Assembly: GCA_964625535.1 (NCBI GenBank)
Contig: CAZVEX010000002.1
Span: 85,559 to 149,558, forward strand
DNA from: an uncultured Gammaproteobacteria bacterium
GTDB lineage: Bacteria; Patescibacteriota; Microgenomatia; Daviesbacterales; UBA10151
Reading direction: 5' to 3'
DNA length: 64,000 nucleotides
The position numbers and the translations under genes are program-made. The notes under the pieces were generated by a model, which worked only from the letters and a program-made list of their open reading frames with translations, ran no database searches and was not told the DNA's origin. This document shows positions 48,218 to 58,560 of the stretch, in pieces; position 1 is the first letter of the stretch, and each line of letters opens with the position of its first letter.

Positions 48218-50304
48218 TACCAGTCAAATTAAAACTTAATAATTTCACTTCTTACGGGGAAAGTGTTCCCGATCTGGATTTTAAAAAATTCAAACTGGCT
48301 GCTATTTCGGGGCCTAATGGGGCGGGAAAATCTTCCCTTTTAGACGCCATTACCTGGTGTGTATGGGGCTGGTCAAGGGCCGGGGACTCCACTGATGATT
48401 TAATTCATTTAGGAGCCAAAGAAATGTTTGTGGAATTTTCCTTTGAGCTGGACAACCATACTTTTATTGTCAAAAGGCAAAGAAGTTTATCTCATGGAGG
48501 TTCTACTAATCTGGAATTTTGGTCTGGGAAAAATAATTTAACCGAAGGAACCATCAAAGCCACCCAGCAAAAAATTATTGAAACTTTACATTTGTCTTTT
48601 GAAACCTTTACCAACTCCAGCTTTTTAAGACAAGGCCATGCCGATGAATTTACCACCAAAGGGCCGAGTGACAGGAAAAGAATCCTGGCAGATATTTTGG
48701 GGTTATCGCATTATGATCTTTTGGAAGAAAAAGCCCGGGAAAAAGTTAAAGAGGCTCAAAATAAATTAAAACTTTTGGAATATCAGCTTTTGGAAATTGA
48801 GGCAGAATTATCCCAAAAGCAGGAAAGAGAGAAAATTTTACATGAACAAACAGAAAAAGTTAAAGGAATTGAAGGTAGTATTAAGCTTTTGGAAGAGGAC
48901 TTAAAAAATTTACAAAAACAAAAAGAAATTTGGCAAAATCTTCAGGAAGCGCAAAAAGAGCTGGATGCGATTGTGGCCCAAGGGAAGGAAAGAGCTGAAA
49001 GAATCAAGAATTTAGATCTGCGAATTACGAATTTCGCAAAACTGCAACAAGAAATAGAAAATTTGCAAAAAGAAAAAACAGAACTGGAAGATTTAAGAAA
49101 AAAACAGAACGAAAAACTGCAGCTGCAAAAAGAGTTATCAGATTGGCAGGGAGGGTTAAATGTTAAATTGGAGCAGAAAAAAACCCTGCAAAAACAATTG
49201 GATGATATGCAAGATGAGCTAAAAAAACTAGCAATGCCGGGTGCCAAATGCCCCACTTGCGGGCAGGAAATTGGCAAAGCCGATAAGCACAAAGTGATTT
49301 ATGATTTAAGAATAAAGAATAAAGATTTAGAAAAAAAGCTTTCTGAAATCAAAACAGAAGAGGAAGAAACAGAGATAAAAAAATTAGAAAAAGCCATATC
49401 TTTAATTAGTACTGATTCTGAAAAACTCATCAAATTAGAAAATGCATTAAAAGAACTGGAAAGTTTGCAAAAACAAAAAGAGCAGATTTTACAAGACCAA
49501 GCCAGTTTGGAAACAGAGAAAAAAACAAGAGAAGAATTATTAGTGCTTTTTAAGCATAAAAAATTACAAGTAGAAAAGTTACAGCTGGAACTAAAAAAAC
49601 TTCCCCAAACAGAGGGGGATTTGACGGAAAAAGAAAGGAAGCTGGAAGATTTACGGGCAGAGGAGAAACAAACCAGAAACTTGCTGGGGCAGGCAACAGA
49701 GTTAATTTCCAGATCCCAGCAGCTGGAAAAATTGCAAAAACAAAAGCAGACAGAAAAAGCTAATTTGGAAAAAGACAAGCAAAATTTCGAGGAATTGAGC
49801 TTAGCTTTTGGCAAAAAGGGCATTCAGGCCATGATTATTGAAACTGCCATTCCCGAGATTGAAGATGAAGCTAATAAACTGCTGGATAAATTAACTGAAG
49901 GACGGATGAAAGTGGCTTTCCTAACTCAAAGAGAGGGAAAAACCACAGAGAGTATTATTGAAACTTTGGATATTATTATTTCTGATGAAATGGGTGAAAG
50001 ACCCTATGATCTTTATAGTGGAGGGGAAGCTTTTCGGGTCAATTTTGCCATCCGCTTGGCCATTTCCAAACTGCTAACCCGCCGGGCCGGGGCCAGGCTG
50101 CAGTTTTTGGTGATTGATGAAGGCTTTGGCACCCAGGATACGCAAGGAAGATCTAGAATTGTAGAAGTTTTGGATGCTATTAAAAATGATTTTGAAAAAA
50201 TCTTAATTATTACTCATCTGGATGAGTTAAAAGAAGAGTTTCCCGTTAGAATTGAAGTTTCTAAAAATAGTAGTGGTTCTACCTTTGAAGTTGTGGGCAC
50301 TTAA
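48214..50304 (+). CDS. sbcC: SbcC/Rad50 ATPase with short coiled coil and CxxC hook
   Basis: GPNGAGKSS, RQG Q-loop, CPTCGQ, YSGGE, IDEGFG, ITH. Confidence 0.93.
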   Translation: MIPVKLKLNNFTSYGESVPDLDFKKFKLAAISGPNGAGKSSLLDAITWCVWGWSRAGDSTDDLIHLGAKEMFVEFSFELDNHTFIVKRQRSLSHGGSTNLEFWSGKNNLTEGTIKATQQKIIETLHLSFETFTNSSFLRQGHADEFTTKGPSDRKRILADILGLSHYDLLEEKAREKVKEAQNKLKLLEYQLLEIEAELSQKQEREKILHEQTEKVKGIEGSIKLLEEDLKNLQKQKEIWQNLQEAQKELDAIVAQGKERAERIKNLDLRITNFAKLQQEIENLQKEKTELEDLRKKQNEKLQLQKELSDWQGGLNVKLEQKKTLQKQLDDMQDELKKLAMPGAKCPTCGQEIGKADKHKVIYDLRIKNKDLEKKLSEIKTEEEETEIKKLEKAISLISTDSEKLIKLENALKELESLQKQKEQILQDQASLETEKKTREELLVLFKHKKLQVEKLQLELKKLPQTEGDLTEKERKLEDLRAEEKQTRNLLGQATELISRSQQLEKLQKQKQTEKANLEKDKQNFEELSLAFGKKGIQAMIIETAIPEIEDEANKLLDKLTEGRMKVAFLTQREGKTTESIIETLDIIISDEMGERPYDLYSGGEAFRVNFAIRLAISKLLTRRAGARLQFLVIDEGFGTQDTQGRSRIVEVLDAIKNDFEKILIITHLDELKEEFPVRIEVSKNSSGSTFEVVGT
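49001..49035. repeat. Degenerate 7-nt tandem tract in sbcC
   Basis: GAATCAA GAATTTA GATCTGC GAATTAC GAATTTC, encoding RIKNLDLRITNF. Confidence 0.65.
49296..49330. repeat. Degenerate 7-nt tandem tract in sbcC beside the Zn hook
   Basis: GATTTAT GATTTAA GAATAAA GAATAAA GATTTAG, encoding IYDLRIKNKDL. Confidence 0.72.
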
Positions 50305-50318
50305 GTTACAATGAATAC

Positions 50319-50705
50319 ATGTCCAAAGCTTTCCTTAAAATTTTTTCTGCTTTAATTTTTTGGGGAATATTGATTTTGGTACTTGTTTATATTCCCTATC
50401 CGGAAAGCTTAACTTCTGCTACACCCTTTCAAATTCTAATCTTTTTTATTCCATTATTTTTAGCACTTACTTTTACATTAAATTTATTTTTTAAATTTGT
50501 CTTTTCTTCTGCTTCCATATCTTTGGGGATAGTTTTTTTACTTTTATTAAAAGCCCTTGATGCCCTAAATTTTGTTTCGGCCGCATTAACAATTGTGGCC
50601 GTGGGGCTACTTTTAAGTTATTTTAAAAAAGAAAGGGGCAAACGCCATTTGACTTCCGTTTCAAAAATATCTAAACTGACAAGTTTACACAGAAAGAAAC
50701 AATGA
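50319..50705 (+). CDS. Four-TM hypothetical membrane protein
   Basis: Four hydrophobic segments and a basic tail. Confidence 0.7.
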   Translation: MSKAFLKIFSALIFWGILILVLVYIPYPESLTSATPFQILIFFIPLFLALTFTLNLFFKFVFSSASISLGIVFLLLLKALDALNFVSAALTIVAVGLLLSYFKKERGKRHLTSVSKISKLTSLHRKKQ

Positions 50706-52120
50706 AAAAGTTTTACATTACTAATTCCATACCATATGTAAATGCCAAACCACATATCGGTCATGCTTTGGAATTTATTCAGTCAGATACAATAGCGCGC
50801 TACCATAAACTTTTAGGGAAAGACGTTCTTCTTTTATCTGGTGGTGATGAAAATGCCTTAAAAAATGTTCAGGCTGCAGAAGCAACTGGGATAGAGATAC
50901 AAGACTTTGTTGATCAAAATTCACAACTGTTTGCTGATTTGGCTCAAAAATTAAATGTCCATTTTGATGTTTTCCAAAAAGGCAGTGATAAAGAAAAACA
51001 TTATCCTTCTTCTCAAAAACTATGGCAACTTTGCGATGCTTCCGGAGATATTTACAAAAAATCTTATAAAGGACTCTACTGCGTTGGATGCGAAACCTTC
51101 TACTCACACGATGAACTAAACGAAAATGGCGAGTGCTTTGAACATCCCGGGAAAAAACTGGAAGAAGTTAAGGAAGAAAATTATTTTTTCAGACTTTCAA
51201 AATACCAAGATAAATTAATTCAAATCATTGAATCAGAAGAGTATCAAATTATTCCGGAGTTTAGAAAAAATGAGGTATTAAGTTTTTTAAAAGGAGGCTT
51301 GCAAGATTTAAGTATTTCCAGAACCAATGAACGAACCAGAAATTGGGGCGTGCCAGTCCCGAGTGACCCAACACAGCGAATCTATGTGTGGTTTGATGCT
51401 TTAAATATCTACCAAAGTGGGGTTGGTTTTGGTTGGGATGAGGAAAAATATAACAAATGGTGGCCAGCGGATTTACATGTAATTGGTAAAGGCATTATTC
51501 GTTTCCATGCGGTTTACTGGCCAGCATTTTTGCTCTCTGCGGGCTTACATTTACCCAAAAAATTATTCGTTCATGAATATTTCACAGTTAACGGCCAGAA
51601 GATGTCTAAAACTTTAGGTAATGTTTATGATCCAAATATTGCCATAGAAAAATTTGGTGCTGATGCCTTGCGTTACTTTTGCCTGGCAAAAATCTCTCCC
51701 TTCCAAGATGGGGATTTTTCTGAAGGAAAACTAAAGCAGTCCTACAATTCCGATCTGGCTAATGGTTTGGGGAATTTGGTGGCTAGGGTGGCCAAGCTTT
51801 GTGAGCAAAATAATATTTCAGCACCGGAGCTGCCCACTCAATTTGATCCAAAGATGACAAAACCTCTGGAGCAGTTTAAATTTAACGAGGCACTAAATCA
51901 TATCTGGGGTGAAATTGCACAAGTAGATAAAAAGGTTAACGAGGAAAAACCCTGGGAACTCTCGGGGGAAATGTTGGAAGCAGTTTTAGCAGATTTAGTT
52001 AAAAGAATCCAACATATAGCATATAATCTGCAACCCTTTTTACCAGCAACTGCCGAAAAAATCCTCGAACAATTTTCAGTCAAGATCAAATCAGCAACTT
52101 CTCTTTTTCCCAGAATATGA
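50702..52120 (+). CDS. metG: Methionine--tRNA ligase (short, no C-terminal dimerisation domain)
   Basis: PYVNAKPHIGH, YVWFDAL, GKGIIRFH, KMSKTLGN. Confidence 0.96.
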   Translation: MKKFYITNSIPYVNAKPHIGHALEFIQSDTIARYHKLLGKDVLLLSGGDENALKNVQAAEATGIEIQDFVDQNSQLFADLAQKLNVHFDVFQKGSDKEKHYPSSQKLWQLCDASGDIYKKSYKGLYCVGCETFYSHDELNENGECFEHPGKKLEEVKEENYFFRLSKYQDKLIQIIESEEYQIIPEFRKNEVLSFLKGGLQDLSISRTNERTRNWGVPVPSDPTQRIYVWFDALNIYQSGVGFGWDEEKYNKWWPADLHVIGKGIIRFHAVYWPAFLLSAGLHLPKKLFVHEYFTVNGQKMSKTLGNVYDPNIAIEKFGADALRYFCLAKISPFQDGDFSEGKLKQSYNSDLANGLGNLVARVAKLCEQNNISAPELPTQFDPKMTKPLEQFKFNEALNHIWGEIAQVDKKVNEEKPWELSGEMLEAVLADLVKRIQHIAYNLQPFLPATAEKILEQFSVKIKSATSLFPRI

Positions 52121-52911
52121 ATTTAACTGATACACATGCTCATCTTTATTGGGACTCATTCACGGAAGATTTTGATGCTATGATCAAGCGGGCTTTGGAT
52201 GCCCAAGTCACATATATAATAAATGTAGGTGTAGATGTTAAAACTTCACAAAAGGCTTTGGACCAAGTTAAAACTTATCCCTGGCCGAAAGGTTTACAGG
52301 TTTTTTCCACCATTGGTATTCATCCCCACGAGAAAGATGTATCCATACATGAGGACATAGAAGAACTGGCAAGAATATATCAAACTAGGCCTGATCAAAT
52401 TGTAGCAGTTGGAGAATGCGGGCTGGATTACAAAGAAGCTGATGAGAAAACAAAAAAATTGCAAAAGCAGCTTTTTCAGACTCAAATTGATTTAGCCAAA
52501 AAATTAAATTTACCCCTCATAGTCCACTGCCGCGGCGCCTGGGATGAGGTTTTACAAATGACCAAAGATCATTTTGGCATTTACCATTGTTATTCCGGCT
52601 TCCCCCCTATTACCCAAAAGGTTTTAAGTTCCAAGTTTTTAGTTAGTTTCGCCGGCAATCTAACTTATCCCAAAAATGAATATTTACAAGAGGCTGCCAA
52701 GATCATACCCTTAGACAGGATTGTTTTGGAAACAGATTGTCCATTCCTTCCTCCCCAATCAAAACGGGGTAAAAGAAACGAGCCGTCTTTTATGATGGAA
52801 ACTGCCCAAGCAGTAGCTGATATTAAGGGTTTATCTTTGGAAGAAGTAGCCAAACAAACCTCTCTCAATGTCGCTTCCTTGCTTTCCACGCTCAAATTGA
52901 TTACACTTTAG
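52117..52911 (+). CDS. tatD: TatD family DNase
   Basis: DTHAH, GIHPH, VGECGLD, VHCR, LETDCP. Confidence 0.94.
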   Translation: MNLTDTHAHLYWDSFTEDFDAMIKRALDAQVTYIINVGVDVKTSQKALDQVKTYPWPKGLQVFSTIGIHPHEKDVSIHEDIEELARIYQTRPDQIVAVGECGLDYKEADEKTKKLQKQLFQTQIDLAKKLNLPLIVHCRGAWDEVLQMTKDHFGIYHCYSGFPPITQKVLSSKFLVSFAGNLTYPKNEYLQEAAKIIPLDRIVLETDCPFLPPQSKRGKRNEPSFMMETAQAVADIKGLSLEEVAKQTSLNVASLLSTLKLITL

Positions 52912-52920
52912 GATAAGATT

Positions 52921-54693
52921 ATGCGCATTTTGCTATCGCTTTCCCTGGGGCTGCTGCTCTTTTTTTATCTGGCAGAGTTACTGGGCCAAGTATATAAAGT
53001 TTTTAATTACGCCCTAATCGGTTTAATTTTGTTTATCTGCGGGCTGCTAATTGGCTTTTTTGGCCAAAACTTTTTACCGGGGCTAAATGTTTTAATAGCC
53101 TATTTTTTAATTGGAGCGGGGCTTGGGCTGTCTATCCATCATCTTTTATCCCGTCATTTTCTTTTTTTTGAAACAAAAGAGAAGGAATTTATCTTAAAAC
53201 ACGAGAGTGTCTTTGTAAGAATCCTGGAAATTTTACCCGGGTCTTTAACCTGGCTGGCTTTAACCTCCCCCATCTGGCTTTCCTTTACCATGCCTTACGC
53301 CGTTGCCTATCTTATTTTAATTGCCGATATCTACTGGCTGCTGGCCGGACTTCGCATTGGCGCCTTAATCATCGTCGGTTATCGAAAAATGGAAACTGCC
53401 AAAAAACAACACTGGCTAAAGATGCTGCAAACTGATTTTCCCCAAACTTGGGAGAACTATTATCATTTAATCCTGGTCCCGACTTATAAAGAATCTGCCT
53501 GCATTTTATCAAGCACCTTTTCCGGCATCTTAAACTCTACTGTCCCTAAAGATAAAATCTTTCTGGCAGTTGGCTTTGAGCAGAGGGATGATCCGCAAAA
53601 AATCAAACAAACTCAAAAAAACTTAATTGCACTGAAGAAAAAAATTGCCGGAGTATTCACTACCATCCACCCTTACGGTCTTGAAGGAGAAGTGCCGGGC
53701 CAAGGATCAAACAAAAACTGGATGATCAAAAATGCACTAACAGAACTTAAAAAAAGAGGTATCGAGCAAGATCGCGTCTTTGTCACCACCATTGATGCCG
53801 ATTTTGTCCTTCATCCCCAATTTTTGGCAGGAGCATTGCACAAATATTTGTCCTTGCCGAATATGGAAAAAGATAAAAGAAGTTTTACCGGCGTATTTTT
53901 ATACCACAACAACTACTGGCAAACCCCCACTCCCATGAGGCTTATGGCCACCGGCACCAGTTTTTGGCAGCTGGCGGAAATGGTGGGATCCGACAAATAC
54001 ATCAACTATTCATCAATGTCTATCTCTTTAAAAGCCCTTTTGGACATTGGCCTGTGGATACCGGATAAGGTTAATGACGACTCGGGTTTTTACTGGAAGG
54101 CTTATTATCATTTCAACGGAGATTATAAAGTCATCCCCCATTTCCTGCCTATTTCCGCCGATGCCGTCCAGGACACCACTTTGTTTAAAACATTTCAAAA
54201 TCAGTACCTGCAAATCAGGCGTTGGGCTTATGGGGTGGAACATATCCCCTTTATTGTGAAAGAATATTTTAAAAAAGAAATTAGCTTTTGGGATAAAACC
54301 GACAAATTGCTATTTAAAATCTGGGGCGATCTAAAATGGGGATTTTTGGCCATCTTTGTGACTTTCGGAGGAATGTTGGTACCGCTGGTCAATCCCAACT
54401 TTAAATCTTCTGTTTTATCAGTCAATCTACCCATCGTCTCCTCGTGGATTTTAACTATTGCTTTCCTGGGTCTTTTTGCCACCATTTATGTACATGAAAA
54501 AACCGCCCCCAAAAGGCCTTCCAACTGGAACATATTTACGCGAGTTTGGTCGTATTTACAGTGGCTACTTATTCCCATCATCTTGATTACCATCTCCTCG
54601 CTGCCGGCTATTGATGCCCAAACATCTTTAATGTTTGGCAGGAAACTGGAATTTAGGGTCACCAACAAAGCAAGACTCTTGGAAAAAGCTTAA
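52921..54693 (+). CDS. Polytopic GT2-like (processive-type) glycosyltransferase
   Basis: VPTYKE, TTIDAD, NDD, QIRRWAYG; several TM helices. Confidence 0.85.
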   Translation: MRILLSLSLGLLLFFYLAELLGQVYKVFNYALIGLILFICGLLIGFFGQNFLPGLNVLIAYFLIGAGLGLSIHHLLSRHFLFFETKEKEFILKHESVFVRILEILPGSLTWLALTSPIWLSFTMPYAVAYLILIADIYWLLAGLRIGALIIVGYRKMETAKKQHWLKMLQTDFPQTWENYYHLILVPTYKESACILSSTFSGILNSTVPKDKIFLAVGFEQRDDPQKIKQTQKNLIALKKKIAGVFTTIHPYGLEGEVPGQGSNKNWMIKNALTELKKRGIEQDRVFVTTIDADFVLHPQFLAGALHKYLSLPNMEKDKRSFTGVFLYHNNYWQTPTPMRLMATGTSFWQLAEMVGSDKYINYSSMSISLKALLDIGLWIPDKVNDDSGFYWKAYYHFNGDYKVIPHFLPISADAVQDTTLFKTFQNQYLQIRRWAYGVEHIPFIVKEYFKKEISFWDKTDKLLFKIWGDLKWGFLAIFVTFGGMLVPLVNPNFKSSVLSVNLPIVSSWILTIAFLGLFATIYVHEKTAPKRPSNWNIFTRVWSYLQWLLIPIILITISSLPAIDAQTSLMFGRKLEFRVTNKARLLEKA

Positions 54694-54699
54694 AAATTT

Positions 54700-55026
54700 A
54701 TGCAAAAACTTTATGTCTGGACAACTTTTTTCTCCATAATCACTGCCGTCATTATGGCTCTTGGCGTGTTGTTTTTTTTAAAGATTTTACCCGAGCGCTT
54801 GCCGCTTTTTTATTCCCTGCCCTGGGGAGAGCGTCAATTGGCTAGCCATTCTCAATTTCTAATCATACCTGCCAGCATAGTCTTAATTACACTAATTAAT
54901 CTTATTGTATCTCACGAGTTACATACCTCCCAGTCGTTTTTAAAAATAGCCTTACATCTTACTTCCCTGGTAACTACCAGCATATTAATTGTCACCTTTA
55001 TGAAAATTGTTTTTATTTTCTTATGA
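54700..55026 (+). CDS. Small membrane protein (DUF1648-like)
   Basis: LPERLPLFYSLPWGERQLA between TM helices. Confidence 0.65.
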   Translation: MQKLYVWTTFFSIITAVIMALGVLFFLKILPERLPLFYSLPWGERQLASHSQFLIIPASIVLITLINLIVSHELHTSQSFLKIALHLTSLVTTSILIVTFMKIVFIFL

Positions 55027-56066
55027 ATTTTTTTTTGCCATTGCTTTTTTCGTTTGCCGCAACTTCCCTGGGGTTTTTGCCAACCATTTGGCTGGCAAAA
55101 AAATTTAATCTGGTAGACAATCCCCGCTTGCGACCTCATCCAGCCCACACGCAAAAAAGGGTTGTCCCGCGGGCCGGAGGCCTGCTTCCTTTTATTGGCA
55201 TTGTGTCTGCCATCATCATTTTTCTGCCGCTGACTTTAAATATTTCAGGCATTTTGGCAGGATTGACCATCTTGCTTGCAATAGGACTGCTTGACGACAG
55301 ATACCCCGGCTTCTCGCCCTATTTGAGACTCCTTGGCCAATTTATAGCTTCCGCTTTTGTGGTTTTTTCCGGCATAGGTATAAATTTTATCACCAATCCT
55401 TTGGGCGGGATCATTGATTTTCCGCCTCTTTTATCTTATGTCCTGGCTTTAGTCTGGATTGTCTGGGTGATGAACATGATCAACTGGAGCAAAGGGGTTG
55501 ACGGGCAAATGCCGTCTATCGCTACTGTCGCCTCTTTAATTTTAGGATTACTTTCTTTAAAACTGACTTTAAATGGAGATCCTAATCAGGTAAAAGTTGC
55601 CATCCTTGCTTTTATTACAACAGGAGCCAGCCTCGGACTTTTGATTTTTAACTGGCATCCTGCCAAAATCTTTCCCGGCTTTTCCGGGTCTAACATTTTG
55701 GGGTTTATGATTGCCACTTTGGCAATTTTATCCGGAGCGAAACTCGCCACCGCCGGACTGGTGCTACTCATTCCCGCTACTGATTTTGCTTATACTTTTT
55801 TTCGAAGAATCCTGCAGGGCAAATCTCCTGTCTGGGGAGACCGGGGTCATCTACATCATAAACTCTTGGAGCTGGGCTTGACACACCAGAAAATCGCCTT
55901 GTTTTACCTTTTGGGATCTGTTATTCTAGGCGCAGTAGCTCTAAGTTTAAGTAGCAGCGGTAAACTGTTTGCTGCCATTTTGGTCGCTACAGTTATTTTA
56001 GGAGTAATATTGTGGTTAAATTTTTTTGGGGGATTGTCAAAGCCGGAAGACCCAGGCAATGGATAA
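55023..56066 (+). CDS. Polyprenyl-phosphate HexNAc-1-phosphate transferase (WecA/TagO family)
   Basis: PRAGG, GLLDD, NMINWSKGVDG, FNWHPAKIFPG, DRGHLHH. Confidence 0.9.
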   Translation: MNFFLPLLFSFAATSLGFLPTIWLAKKFNLVDNPRLRPHPAHTQKRVVPRAGGLLPFIGIVSAIIIFLPLTLNISGILAGLTILLAIGLLDDRYPGFSPYLRLLGQFIASAFVVFSGIGINFITNPLGGIIDFPPLLSYVLALVWIVWVMNMINWSKGVDGQMPSIATVASLILGLLSLKLTLNGDPNQVKVAILAFITTGASLGLLIFNWHPAKIFPGFSGSNILGFMIATLAILSGAKLATAGLVLLIPATDFAYTFFRRILQGKSPVWGDRGHLHHKLLELGLTHQKIALFYLLGSVILGAVALSLSSSGKLFAAILVATVILGVILWLNFFGGLSKPEDPGNG

Positions 56067-56944
56067 AAAATTTGGCGGTCTTTGCCGCCCTGATTTTTTC
56101 CGGCACTTTGCTTGACCAGGGAAATCAAATTAAAACTATCGAGGCTTTCTTTCTTTTTTGCGCCTTTTCCTCGGCTACTTATTTATTAAATGATTGTTTT
56201 GACATAGAAAGAGACAAACTCCATCCCTTTAAAAAGCTCCGTCCCATTGCTTCCGGACTTATATCCGTTCCCTGGGCTTTGTCTTTAGCGCTTTTAATCA
56301 TCGTCGCAGCTTTACCGATTTCATATCAGCTTTCCCCGGCGTTTTTCTTTGCTTCGGTAGCTTACCTTATCTTGCAGGTTTTTTATTCCGCTTACCTTAA
56401 GCAAATTATTTTAATTGATGTTTTGACAATTGCGGCCGGTTTTGTCTTACGGGTGTACGGAGGGGTCTGGGCCATTGATGCCCATTTAAGCGTCTGGTTT
56501 TTGCTATCTGTTACTTCATTTGCTCTGTTTCTGGCAATTGGAAAAAGGCGCTCGGAGCGGACTTTGCTGGAAACCCAAGCTTCCCGCCACAGAGAAACCC
56601 TGCTTCATTATCCGGAGAGTTTACTAGATTCTTTAACCACCATGTTTGCCAACTCCACCTGGCTGACTTATGCTTTTTTTGCCTTTTTGCAACCGCCCAT
56701 CACTACCAGAAACATAGTTTCTGCTTTTTTGGGCGGATTTGAGCTACCTCTAACTTCGGCTAAATACTTAATGGCCACTGTACCGGTGGTCATTTATGCG
56801 GTTATGAGATATCTGTATGTAATTTATGAGAAAAAAGAAGGGGAGAGCCCCGAGCGAGTTATTTTAACTGACCGGCCCCTGCTGGCCACAGTTTTAGTCT
56901 GGATCATCATGGTAATCGGCATCATCTACTACCTGGGAGCTTAA
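56012..56944 (+). CDS. UbiA-family decaprenyl-phosphate phosphoribosyltransferase-like protein
   Basis: RPRQWIKN, YLLNDCFDIERDKLHPFKKLRPIASG, GFVLRV, GKRRSE. Confidence 0.88.
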   Translation: MVKFFWGIVKAGRPRQWIKNLAVFAALIFSGTLLDQGNQIKTIEAFFLFCAFSSATYLLNDCFDIERDKLHPFKKLRPIASGLISVPWALSLALLIIVAALPISYQLSPAFFFASVAYLILQVFYSAYLKQIILIDVLTIAAGFVLRVYGGVWAIDAHLSVWFLLSVTSFALFLAIGKRRSERTLLETQASRHRETLLHYPESLLDSLTTMFANSTWLTYAFFAFLQPPITTRNIVSAFLGGFELPLTSAKYLMATVPVVIYAVMRYLYVIYEKKEGESPERVILTDRPLLATVLVWIIMVIGIIYYLGA

Positions 56945-57025
56945 TATTCTTCTTGCCCCTTTATTATAGAAAAGCTCATAAATCAGTGCTTCCGTCACAG
57001 TCCCTCAATGTATTGTACTGACATG

Positions 57026-57838
57026 TCAAATTTTTTCCTGGGGTTTTTTCTCGACATATGAAGAAGAAACATAGCCTTCGCTACCCTCGGACAACCTGAC
57101 CCTATACCAGCCGGACAGTTCTTCCAGCAAAATCAGGGTATCGCCCGGTTTAACCTGGGTAATTTCTTTTCCCGCCAAAGAAGGCTTGTCCCGCACCCGC
57201 AAAAATCCGGTGGGCGTATCTTTAACTGTCACTTCCGGAGTTTGGGTAATGGGAGGAGTTTGCACCACAGTCAAATCTGCTTCCGACAAGGCCAAATCCG
57301 CAGAAACAACCAGTTTATATCCCTCCGGCAGATTTACCCTGATGCTTCTTTTTAAGTAACCCGGCCGGGACAGAGTCAGGAGATAATCGCCGCTTGAAAG
57401 ATCGAGAGATACGGGGGTCATTCCCCGGGATTTGCCGTCTATTTCAATTTGAGCTCCATCCGGACTGGAAATAATTGTCGCACCGGAGCCCTTTTCCAAA
57501 ATCAAGGTCTCTCCGGCTGATGAGGAGAAATCTTTAGCCAAGTCGCGACTTAAGACAGTAACTATCCCAGCTATCAACTTCACCCTGCCTTGCCAAACCA
57601 AATCGGCTTTTTCTATTTTTATTGCATATTCTTTTGGCGTTAAATTTTTATCCTCAAAAGGAGTTTTTCCCACTTCTGCCCCGTCAAGATAAACTGTTGC
57701 CCCGGCGGGCATGGACAATACATTCACCCCCCCCACTAATTTTGCGCCCAAAAATGATTGCAGGCCAAAATCAGCGAAACGAACAATCAGAATAAAAATA
57801 CTGATCAAAACCAGTATCAAAACAACGGTTTTCTTCAT
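57026..57838 (-). CDS. PEGA plus SH3 domain exported protein
   Basis: Two PEGA repeats (SMPAGATVYLDG..GKTP; SSPDGAQIEIDG..GMTP) and SH3b (LRVRDKPS...GWYRV...GYVSSSYV). Confidence 0.88.
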   Translation of the reverse strand: MKKTVVLILVLISIFILIVRFADFGLQSFLGAKLVGGVNVLSMPAGATVYLDGAEVGKTPFEDKNLTPKEYAIKIEKADLVWQGRVKLIAGIVTVLSRDLAKDFSSSAGETLILEKGSGATIISSPDGAQIEIDGKSRGMTPVSLDLSSGDYLLTLSRPGYLKRSIRVNLPEGYKLVVSADLALSEADLTVVQTPPITQTPEVTVKDTPTGFLRVRDKPSLAGKEITQVKPGDTLILLEELSGWYRVRLSEGSEGYVSSSYVEKKPQEKI

Positions 57839-57918
57839 TAAGTTATTATACCCTACTTTGACTTTTGAGCCTTTTTATGCTAATGTGCGCTTTCTCCCGA
57901 TGAACATCGGGATTTGTT

Positions 57919-58560
57919 TTGAAAAGACAATTTAAAAACCTACTGCCTGGGAAAATCTTTAAACGGGTTGCCCGTTCCTTTAGATTTTCTAAAATTAAGC
58001 CCAAGGTTCCCAAAAGGTTAAGTAGGCTTGCCATAATATCTATCCTGTTAATTTTTTTATCCGGCAACTATCCGGTTTTTGCCTTTCCGCCGGTTAAAAA
58101 GGCAACTGTGGCCGCTCAAGGTCTTGAACAAAGCCAGGAGATTGCAGCCCAATCTTTTCCGCTGCCTTTAGTTTTGCCTCACCAGGGTTATTTGTCCACC
58201 AAATTTTCCAGATGGCATCCGGGGATAGACATTGCAGCCAGTTTAGGCACACCTATTCACCCTGTCACATCAGGCACGGTTGAGGCCGTGAGTTTTAGTT
58301 TTTGGGGGCTGGGGAATAATGTGACAGTTACCCATCCCAACGGCTTTAAATCAACTTACGGGCATATGGGGAAAATTTTTGTCAAGCCGGGAGAGCAGGT
58401 GACATCGGACAATATCCTGGGAGAGGTAGGGGTCAGCGGTTTTACCTCCGGCCCTCATACGCATTTGGAAATCCAAAAGGATGGAAAATTTATCAATCCT
58501 TTGGGGTTGTTACCGGAAATTCCTCCTCTCCCACAGCAAATAGCTTCTATTAAGAAATAA
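57919..58560 (+). CDS. M23 family metallopeptidase
   Basis: HPGIDIA, YGHM, SGFTSGPHTHLEI. Confidence 0.92.
   Translation: MKRQFKNLLPGKIFKRVARSFRFSKIKPKVPKRLSRLAIISILLIFLSGNYPVFAFPPVKKATVAAQGLEQSQEIAAQSFPLPLVLPHQGYLSTKFSRWHPGIDIAASLGTPIHPVTSGTVEAVSFSFWGLGNNVTVTHPNGFKSTYGHMGKIFVKPGEQVTSDNILGEVGVSGFTSGPHTHLEIQKDGKFINPLGLLPEIPPLPQQIASIKK

Noticed and set aside
49001-49330. sbcC 7-nt tracts as a by-product of coiled-coil heptads
   Set aside because: Amino-acid heptads give a 21-nt period, not 7 nt, and the same family occurs antisense in a non-coiled-coil gene.
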